64,000 nt of DNA, taken from NCBI GenBank assembly GCA_964016885.1, contig OZ024740.1, forward strand, positions 386,880,001 to 386,944,000. Reading direction: 5' to 3'. The notes under the pieces were generated by a model that made no database searches, was not told the origin of the DNA, and saw only the letters and a list, made by a program, of their open reading frames with translations. How positions within the stretch are numbered: the stretch's first letter is position 1; each line of letters opens with the position of its first letter. The position numbers and the translations under genes are program-made. The DNA comes from Eledone cirrhosa. Taxonomy: Eukaryota. Below are positions 1 through 64,000 of the stretch, piece by piece.

Positions 1-496
<496 letters not shown>

Positions 497-879
497 CATT
501 CACACAAACACATACACACATATACAGCATAACAAATGGAACGCCAGCTGCTATTTTGCTATAGTTTTTTCACCACCCCCTGCCTTCCTTTTACACACAC
601 ATATATTCATGCAGGCAACAGACATAAAAGGAGGAGCAGTATGAAGTAGTCAAACCACTCCTCTCTCTTTACGTGTTGTGACAGAATCACAGAAATTTAT
701 ATATAGATTGCAAAACTTCAAGCTATTACAATGGTTTGGGGAATTTATTGGTATAAAAATCTACAATCAGCCCACTGACCAAACACTATTTTAATATCCC
801 AGGATGGCTGAGTGGTTTGAGGCGCCAAACTCAAAGATTTCCTATGTTTGTAAGAATTGTAGAGGTTTATAGTCTATAG

Positions 880-1260
880 AATGAGTATTCAAAGCAACTG
901 TTGAGTCCATTCGCCTTTACAGATATGAGTTATGGACACTGACAAAAACACTCATATTCATCCAGATACTGAGAAAGGTCCACAACATATCCTTGAAAAC
1001 ACACATAGCAAAAATAGAATCACCCTATGGCTCACACCTTCACCTTTCTGACATAAGATGTAGGAGGTTCATATTAGCCAGACATGTGGCTTCTCTGGAA
1101 ACATGATGTGTGCAGACAATTGGGAGATCAACCACTACACTGAAGGATGTTCTTGATGATATTAGCTTGGAGGCAGAGGAAATTCAGACTGCAATGCTAG
1201 ACAGGATGAGCTGGAAAAAGAACTTTGTCATGGCACCAGTAACAGATGTATAGATGGAGA
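880..1260 (+). mobile_element. Decayed non-LTR retrotransposon 3' fragment (RTE-like)
   Basis: Broken reading resembling FKATVES..Y..E.WTLTK and AMLDR.SW. Confidence 0.45.
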
Positions 1261-1671
1261 AGAATTACTGATATCTCAATTCTGTGTCATCACGCCAGTG
1301 AAGCCTAGAATCCTGAGTTCTGATTTCACTTCTTCCACTATGACTTACTTAGCCACAAATATCTCCTTAATGTTATATGGTGTCCCTAGACAATTATCTC
1401 ACTTTAATTTACAACTCATAATAAGATACATTAGCAGTATGGTAACAATTAATGTGATATATTGGATAATACTCAGTATATTCTTTCTGCAGCCAGCCAG
1501 AGATTTTCATTTCACTGACATCATTTAGAAGACTGCTGCTTTATCAACCAGATGTAGAGAATCCCTGGTTCTCGAAATGATCTGTTGCAGTTACTACTCC
1601 ACTGCTTCACTTACATTAACTGTTGTAAGCAACAATGCATTACTTGATGACAAGTTATTGTTGTGAATGGC

Positions 1672-1877
1672 TTAACCTTTTAACATTCACATTACTCTCT
1701 ATATACTATTGTATTTTCGTGGTAAACACTTTATCTTACATAATATCGAATCTATGAGATTTTGATATTATTTATTTTGAAAACAATACCTTAACATCAG
1801 TAGAAGTGGCCAGTTACAGCCAGTTTGTACAGAAAAAGATGAGAAAATTCTGGCTGGTTTAAATGCTAAAGGGTTAA
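1672..1877 (+). mobile_element. TTAA-flanked MITE (piggyBac-like ends); further copies at ~19250-19430, 21563-23250 (split by a LINE), 25866-26092, 48430-48654 and 57217-57432 (-)
   Basis: Terminal inverted ttaaccctttagcattt...aaatgctaaagggttaa and a shared core ggtaaacactttatcttacataat in six copies. Confidence 0.75.
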
Positions 1878-2699
1878 CTGTTTTATATTTCCAATGAAAT
1901 ATTCTGCCTATGTGTTAAAATTTATTTTGAAAATAATGTCAAAAGAATTGGAAGGATTTAGTAAAATAAGTGGTCTTATTAAGCTGGTATTTGAAACATA
2001 ACTTCATAAAAGTTTCTTATATAAAATTGAGGCCATGTATTATAAAACCAGAGGTAGTTTCAGGTAGGCTGATATTAAAAAGGTTAAACCATCTTAGCAT
2101 TTGTAGGCTCTATTATTACACAATAATGACCTGATGCAAAAGATTTATGGATGCTTACAGCATGCCTATATGGAATGTAAACTTGGATAGAATATAGGAA
2201 ACAAATCAAGATCCATGATAACTATGCATGTTAGTTTTGGTGTCTCATAAAGAAGACTAGGGACAACATTAATATCTAGACTATTATATTAATATTGAAA
2301 GCTCTAGATTTTAGAGCTTTCAAATCAAGGTCAAGTAAGTCCACCATTTAATGGCTATAGAGGGTGCTTCATTCTTGATATACAAGACACTTTAGGTTCA
2401 ACATAACACCTTCATACACATATTCTGTTTCTAGATCGTACTGAAAAAAGTACCTAAAGCACATGTGGATGAATATTAACTTCTGTGCTTGTTCCCACTT
2501 AACCATGAGATAAATGCTTCACTAAAAAGTTCACAGAATTTTGGTGGCAGTAGATAAAAAGGTGTGAATTGAGTAGTATATTGGATAAGCAGAATTGCTA
2601 GAGTACTGGATAAGATGCCACTGCATTATTTGCTCTGGGTTCAAATTTCCCTTTCATCCTTCTGGGGTTGATTTAATCAAGTTTGCCTTTCCCCTAAAA

Positions 2700-2976
2700 T
2701 TTGTACCACAACATCCAGTCCTAAATAAATGAGGTCGTGTAGGTGTCACGACAAAAAAACATGCAGTCCACGCTGTAATGTGGCCGTGTAGGTAACGCGG
2801 TAAAAACCTTCGAGTCCACACTGTAAACGTGGTTGGTGTTAGGAAGGGCATCCAGCCGTAGAAAACCCGCCAGACAGTCTTATACGAGCAAGACAACCAA
2901 TCTTGCCTCAAGTGGGAAAATTCCCATCCAAACTCATGCTAGCGTGGAAGATGGATGTTAAACGATGATGATGATG
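2700..2976 (+). mobile_element. Short retro-element with an RTE-type 3' tail; related copies at 25010-25215 (-) and 63546-63880 (-)
   Basis: gttggtgttaggaagggcatccagccgtagaaa...catgctagcgtggaag...gttaaacgatgatgatg. Confidence 0.7.
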
Positions 2977-2979
2977 ATT

Positions 2980-3878
2980 GGTGTGGGCCGTTTCTTTCCT
3001 TGCTAAAGTAAGGGATACAATACAACTGATTTTTTCGTTGTCGCTTGTGTGCAGAAAAATTAAAAAATTATGTTGCAAATGAGTTCAATCTGCGTTTGAA
3101 TTTTCTGATAAAGATTTTCTCTTTAGCAATTCGACCTTGTTCTGTGATTGCATAACTACATTAGTACAATGGGAAGAAACATCAAAGTTTGGCAGCGTTT
3201 TGAGTCTGCATTCTTCAATATGTTTGTTTAGAGGGATCTTTCTAGTATACGGGATTCTGATTTGCTGCCTATGACAGTCCTGTCATTCTTTGTCAGAGTG
3301 TCAGCCCCGTCAGTCATACATAATGTTCGTCACAACTTCGGCAGGTAATGACAAATTAAGTTTTCCGAGTTGCACAAGAAGTTATTTATAATTTTGAAGT
3401 GAAATTCTTGGTAGTTGCACATTCTGCAATGGGGTTGGGTTGCATCTTTTCACATGGGGTTCTCTAATGGTGGTTTGCAGTTCTGCCCTTGTCATCATTT
3501 TTTAAAATGATTTCTTTGTCTTTTTGTAGTATAGGCAGGTTTAGTAGTATGTGTGCATAGATTTCGGTGTTTTGGGGGTTGAAATGTATGGCATGTATGG
3601 TATTTTCTGTTGATGAGTATATCTTTCATCCTCACTAGTTTGTGGTGGTGTTGTGGTCCCTTGTTGATGTGTTTGAAACTATTGTGCAGATTCGCTAAGC
3701 TAGGTTAAGTGGAGTGTTGGTGCGTGTATGAGCTGGATGAGCAAATGTGAAGTGGAGGTATTGCTGTGAGTCGGTGGGTTTGAAAAATATGTCAGTTTCT
3801 AGTTTCTGTTTCTTTTTGTTATTAGTATGTCTAAGAAAGGGAGTTTTTTGTTGCTAAATTCCATAGTGAATTGGATGT
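2980..3878 (-). mobile_element. Decayed Penelope-like element (RT C-terminus plus GIY-YIG remnant)
   Basis: Minus strand reads FTMEFSNKKLPFLDIL...ETDIFFKPTDSQQYLHF..AHP.H, then a degenerate LTGLTL.QRMT..RQQIR segment; many stops. Confidence 0.7.
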
Positions 3879-4198
3879 CTCTCCTTTGTTCTGTCCTATA
3901 CCATCTTATTTTTGTGTGTTGGACAAGATGGTGTAGGACAGAAGAAAGGAAAGTCACAAAATAAGAAATCAGTCACTGAGGAGGTAATAGAATGTGTGAC
4001 AAAAGAGCTTTGACAATATATAAACAACCATCCAGTTATTGAACCAAACAACTGGAAATTTATAATAAATTGAAGTGAAAACCAACAGCTGCGTGTGTTT
4101 TTATTGGCAGCATGGCCCTCCCAAAGTATAACAATATGTTTCAACACACGTTTTCACATAATAAATTTTGCAAAACAAATTCAAAAACGAAGTATATA
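3879..4198 (+). mobile_element. PLE pseudo-LTR with a degenerate hammerhead and tail
   Basis: Similar to 56215-56462 and to the reverse complement of tail 52696-52752; gtca-CTGAGGA...AAAA-gagctt-tgac, with GAAA mutated. Confidence 0.75.
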
Positions 4199-4411
4199 TA
4201 TATATAACTTAATGTTACCGTTGGTGCACTAACTTGAGCACTCAATGCTATGTGGGTCTGTTTAAGTATAATACCTAGTGTTAGTGTTATATATCTGTGT
4301 TGGATATCTCCCATCATTAACAAACCCAAGAGTCTGGTGAACCTTGAGCTGACCAATTGCGAAACGCACGTCACACCGGAATAAACTTAATGATGATACT
4401 CAGACACCTCG

Positions 4412-4448
<37 letters not shown>

Positions 4449-4769
4449 TATTCATTAGTTAGGCAAAACAAGACCACAAATTTCACAAGGAAGACATTAT
4501 TAAAAGATTGTCAACATAGTTTAGTTTGATGTAAGGAATGTAGAGAATAATAATAATATTAATAATATATATATATATATGTATATATACAAAATTGTAA
4601 GAAAGTCAAAGATAAGAAATTATCATTTATTCATACATTTCTACGAACGTTTCAACAGGGTAAGAATATCACATCCATTTGCAGAGAGACAGAAGACGGC
4701 AAAGTGCATTGAGCTTATCTTATCTTACCAAAGAAAATAGTGAAGTTTCTTATATATATGTATATATAT

Positions 4770-5070
4770 GCTGAAGCATATAGACAATATGCCCCACCCC
4801 CTTCCACTGCAAAGTGGTCGTGGAGGTACCACAGCAAACAAGCACCCAGCCCACACTGTAAAGTGGACGTGTAGGCGCCACGGAAAAAAAGCACCCAGCA
4901 CTCACTATAAATGAGGTTGGTGTTGGGAAGGGCATCCATCTGTAGAAATCAAGCCAGAATCAGTTCCCATATGAGCGAGGCAAGGTCAGCCGACCGGACA
5001 CTGCCTACAACAGAACAACCCGTCTAACCCATGCTAGCGTGGAAGAATGGACGTAAAACGGTGATGATGA
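4770..5070 (+). mobile_element. RTE LINE 3' UTR fragment; same family at 9490-9988, 39320-39617, 43300-43570 and 42190-42520 (-)
   Basis: Near-identical to the UTR following the RTE ORF at 38869-39318; ends in (tga)n. Confidence 0.85.
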
Positions 5071-5164
5071 TATATATATAATAAAATAAAACAAAGACGA
5101 GTGGTTACTCCTTCATTAGGTTTATTGGTTGGTGACGCGTGTTTCGACCCATTACCACCAAAAA

Positions 5165-5248
5165 GGGTCCGATGAGCCGTTGATCACAGAGTCGGGCTAG
5201 ATCGATACAGATCGAACCTTGAACTGATCGGTGGCGAAATGCGTCACC
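5165..5248 (+). ncRNA. Hammerhead-like motif, type I, CCGAUGA core variant
   Basis: ggt-CCGATGA-gccg...tggc-GAAA-tgcg-TC-acc; short stem I, long stem II insert. Confidence 0.5.
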
Positions 5249-5311
5249 AACCAATAAACGTAATGAAGGAGTAACCACTCGTCCTTGTTTTATTTTATTA
5301 TACTACACTCT

Positions 5312-5437
5312 TGAGGTCACTTTGCTTTCATCCTTACGGGGTCGATAAAAATAAAGTACCAGTCACGTACTGATTGATTTAATCGACTCCCCCCCCCCTC
5401 CCCGAAAATTGCTGGCCTTGTGCTTATATAAGAAACC
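5312..5437 (+). mobile_element. 5'-truncated tRNA-derived SINE with a 15-bp TSD
   Basis: TSD attatactacactct at 5297-5311 and 5438-5452; core ctttcatccttacggggtcgataaa. Confidence 0.85.
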
Positions 5438-6037
5438 ATTATACTACACTCTGTCTAGCTTTACACCTACAGAAGTGAACCTAAACATCGAGTGCTCACC
5501 CGGGTCAACGTACAGTAACTCCTCGTTACACTCACTGGATATATATATATATATAAATATATATTTATGAATGAACTCTACAGTTTTCATGTTGTTTATT
5601 ACATAACTATATATATTTATTTAACAATGTGAAGACCACAAAGAATACTTGTTGAGCGAGTTGTGAAATAACTAAGGTGTTTCATAACTATCTAAAATTC
5701 GTGAAAAACCAAAACAAACAAAAAGAAAACAACACCACAACAACAAACAAAAGCAAAATCAACGACATCAACGGTGGGGAAAGAATAGCGGAGAATTCAG
5801 TATTTTGGAGGAGGGTGGTCTTTTTCGCTGGGAACATATTTAAGATCAGCATTTACACCAGATAAGAAATAATATGAGATTTAACTGACTGTAAAACGAC
5901 TGAGGTGTATTTGCCCGGGTTATAACTGCTTTTTCGAAATATTTTTCTCTGTCGTACCGTATTTCAAGTTAAACAATAATTGAAAGATATAATTAATTAG
6001 TGAACTATTTTTGCTTCGATATTAACGAACGAATAGG

Positions 6038-60709
<54,672 letters not shown>

Positions 60710-61519
60710 GTAAGTATCTGGAAATCTCCAAAATTATATTCATTTATTTTTATTGTTGATACTTATATATATATATATATGTTAACATTACTAATAGCAA
60801 TCATTTTGAAATTTTGGTCCTAACTGAGGGAGTCTCTTAATAAGCTCGAAACTTCATGGATAATGCAACGATTAAACATTTCCACAAAGTACGAGCGAAA
60901 CTGTCGACAGTCGGGACTAGAAGAATTTTTGGTAACATTTATCTATTTTTTCTTCAAACTTACATTTTAAACTTCGCTCCATTTAAATGATTATTTATCT
61001 AGTTAATTTCTACGGACTAAGAAGAAAAATTGGGTAAATTTTATCTAACTGTTCTTCAAACTTATAATTTTAATTATATATGCGTGTGTGTGTATTTGCA
61101 GGCATTTATATTTATTATTGATACGCAATACATACATGCAGGACAGACTTAATTTGGCAGCTAGTTTTACTTGTTTCAATTTTCTAAACCCTTTTAGGCA
61201 AGGTTTCTAGACCGGGTGCATTTTCATAGCACAATCACTAGTGTGGTTGTTGGACATACTCCCAACCGAAAAGCCCTCTCTGCTCTGGAGGTGGCAGGGG
61301 GTAGGTAGGCATGAAGTTATAGATATATGTGGGGATTTGGTAGGGCAATGAGTTAGAGAAAGGGGTGGCTGATAGTGTATAGGGAGAGTGTTATAGAGTG
61401 GCACCACAGAAATACGTATTCCGGCTAATTATATTATAAAAGAAGTTATGTAAATCTAGCCTTCCTATTTTATTATTATTGTACATATGTGTGTGTGTGT
61501 GTGTGTGTGTGTGTAACAA

Positions 61520-63545
61520 AGCGGGTGTGGTGGGCGGACGGACGGTCGGTCTCCCTCCCTCCTCAGAGCTGCTGCTGGGAAAACAACCACTTATGTTTTT
61601 ATTACAGGGGACTTCAATGACCCTGAGATTAACTGGGAAACCTTTCGTTTTCCGCCAAGTGCAAATGACTTCCTTGAGCTAGTGCTGGACTTGAACTGAT
61701 CTCAAGTAGTCACCTCCCCAACAAGGGGTGACAACACTTTGGATCTACTCTTCACCACTACTCCTGAAACAGTTATTAGTGTTACTACTGAGGAACCTTT
61801 AGGTGACTCTCATCATGTTATGATCATTGCCAATCTGTCCCTCATGGGCAGTAACAAAAACCACAACCATCTCCAAACTGCTTACTGGAATAAAGCAGAC
61901 TGGAACTGTTACTGCACCGAGCTGCAACGTCCAAACTGGCTTGACTTCTACGACTCTGGAGATGTCAACACTATACTTCAGAACATCCGGAACTCAATAT
62001 GGACAGCATGTGCAGTGTCGGTGCCACGTAAGCAGAAAAACATCCCAAAAGTGCAATTTGGGAGACTGCAGCAGTCCGTCTTGCCAGGAAAGAACGTTGT
62101 AATGCTGAACGTGAGTGCAAACTGCATAAATCAGTTATCAATAGGAAGAAGTGAAATAAATCATCCAACCATCTCAAGCAGGTGACAAAAAAAGCAGTGT
62201 GTGAATTTGAACAGCGCATAGCAACCAGCCCTGACAGTAAGGTGTTCTGGAAGTATGTTCACTCAAAGCAGAGGCCTCACTCTCCAGTTGGTCCTCTTCG
62301 CAATCCCCACACAAGCCAGATTACTGACGACCCCAAGGAATGCGCAGAACTCATTGCTGAATGCTATGCATGCATTTTCACTGTTGAAGACCAAAGTGTA
62401 TCATCTCCACCACCTCTGACATCAGATTCTATTACAACTATGGAATTTACACCTGCAATGCTGCGACGTCACCTTAAAAATAAACGCAACCATGCCTCTC
62501 CTGGTCTTGATGGTGTTACATACCTGCTTCTCAAACGCGGTGGGTATATCCTTCTGCACCAGCTATCACGCTTCTTCCAATTTTGTCTGAACACGGTGCT
62601 ACTCCGGAGCAGTGGAAAACTGCCAGTGTCATTCCTCTGTTCAAAAAGGGTGACCGCATGTCACCTGTCAACTATCGTCTAGTTAGTCTTACTAGCTGCA
62701 TTGCCAAACTGATGGAATCCTGTGTCAGAGAAACACTTTGGAACTTCTGGAACTCTCACAGTCTTAGCCACTCTTCGCAATTTGGATTTATCTCTAACTC
62801 CAGCTGCTGTGATCAACTTATTGAGTTTCTTGAAGACATCACCCAGATCACTAATGGCGGCTCATGGGTGGATGTTGTTTGCCTTGACTTTGCTAAAGCT
62901 TTCAATGCTGTGTCACACAAAAGACTTATGGTAAAACTCTCTGCAATGGGTTTGAAGGATGATCTTTTTAACTGGTTGAAGTCCTTCATTTTCAGTCGAA
63001 GAGCGGTAGTCATGGTTCTAGGACAGCATTCCTCACCATATAAGATGTCATCCCTGTGGTATGTACCACAGGGATCTGTTCTTGGTCCCCTTTTGTTTGT
63101 GGCATAGATGCCAACTTAAAGAATGCCACTAAAATATGCAGATGACATCAAGCTGTACCTTGAGATAAAAAGGACAGATCCTGAACACTATAGATTTTTC
63201 CTGCAATCAGACCTGGACACAATGCAATAATGGATCACGGACTGGCAATTCAAGTTGGCTGTGTACCCATGACTTTCGGGAACATTTTTTCACGCTCAGA
63301 GTTGCTGAAGCATGGAACAAACTTCCTGCATCAGTTATTAGCTGTCAAGACACTGCATCCTTTAAAACCTCCATGCTTCTTGAAATTCGCCAACACTACA
63401 CCTGATGTCCCCTCTCCATACACACGCACACATGTATTTCATGACTCGTACACTGTTTATTTTCCTGACATTTGAATATTATTCTATGTACTATACATTC
63501 ACCTTTGATGAATTGTAGTGCACCTGAGCACTATACACAATAATT
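61520..63545 (+). mobile_element. CR1-like LINE, decayed (endonuclease remnant + RT)
   Basis: GDFNDPEINW, LDLLFT, SPGLDG, NYRLVSLTSCIAKLMES, LDFAKAF, VPQGSVLGPLLF, KYADD; its 3' tail tgtagtgcacctgagcact also occurs at 23300-23385 and 40080-40160 (-). Confidence 0.88.
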
Positions 63546-64000
63546 TCATTATCATCATCATCATCGTTTAACGTCCATCTTCCACGCTAGCATGGGTTAG
63601 ACGGGAGTTGTGCCACTTGAGGTAAGGTTGGTCGGGTGACCGTGTCTCGCTCATATAGGACTATCTGGCAGGTTTTCTACAGTTGGATGCCCTTCCTAAC
63701 ACCAACCACGTAACAGTGTGGAACTGGGAACTTTTTACCATGTTACCTACACGGCCACATTACAGCGTGGACTGCGAGTAGTTTTTTTTTTTTTTTTTTT
63801 TTTGTGACACCTACACGATCTCAATCTCATTATCTTATTTATTTGGACTGGATGTTGTGGTACCAACTTTACAGAGTAGAGAGTGTGTGTTTATCAAGTT
63901 ACAGGGAATACCACTAGCATATCTCTATATTATATTTGAAGAGCCCAGGATTCTTTTTCCTTTGAGCTCATGAATTACAGGGACTAACACGAGTTTCTGA

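Larger units (their letters stand above)
5076..5540. mobile_element. Small fold-back element (arms ~5076-5146 and ~5235-5302) with a hammerhead-like motif; its tail is interrupted by a SINE
   Basis: ataaaataaaacaaagacgagtggttactccttcatta is mirrored by taatgaaggagtaaccactcgtccttgttttattttat. Confidence 0.75.

Noticed and set aside
5830-6037. Iron-responsive element in the putative 5' UTR
   Set aside because: No CAGUGN-loop hairpin seen; the 3' UTR, where vertebrate DMT1 has its IRE, is outside the window

Overview
AT-rich, repeat-dense animal genomic DNA; the repeat and microsatellite landscape looks cephalopod-like (Octopus), which is an inference. The window carries the first 12 coding exons (+ strand, about 6038-60709, 1415 nt in one continuous frame with compatible GT-AG phases) of an NRAMP/DMT1 (SLC11, Malvolio-type) divalent metal transporter. 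The 3' exons lie beyond the window. The introns hold RTE and CR1-like LINEs, tRNA-derived SINEs, mariner, hAT, pogo-like and TTAA-flanked MITEs, two tandem Helitrons and Penelope-like elements (PLEs). The most notable signal is a set of fold-back (inverted-repeat) insertions, 0.2-3.8 kb long, both coding and non-coding. Most carry minimal type I hammerhead ribozyme motifs (CUGANGA...GAAA...NUH), often one on each arm in opposite orientation, with an unpaired tail on one side. They include a zero-spacer ~640-bp non-coding palindrome with twin hammerheads and a target-site duplication. Several intact-looking hammerheads are on the sense strand of the NRAMP pre-mRNA, two of them within about 210 nt of an exon. 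All coordinates were read by eye; no folding, alignment or database search was run.
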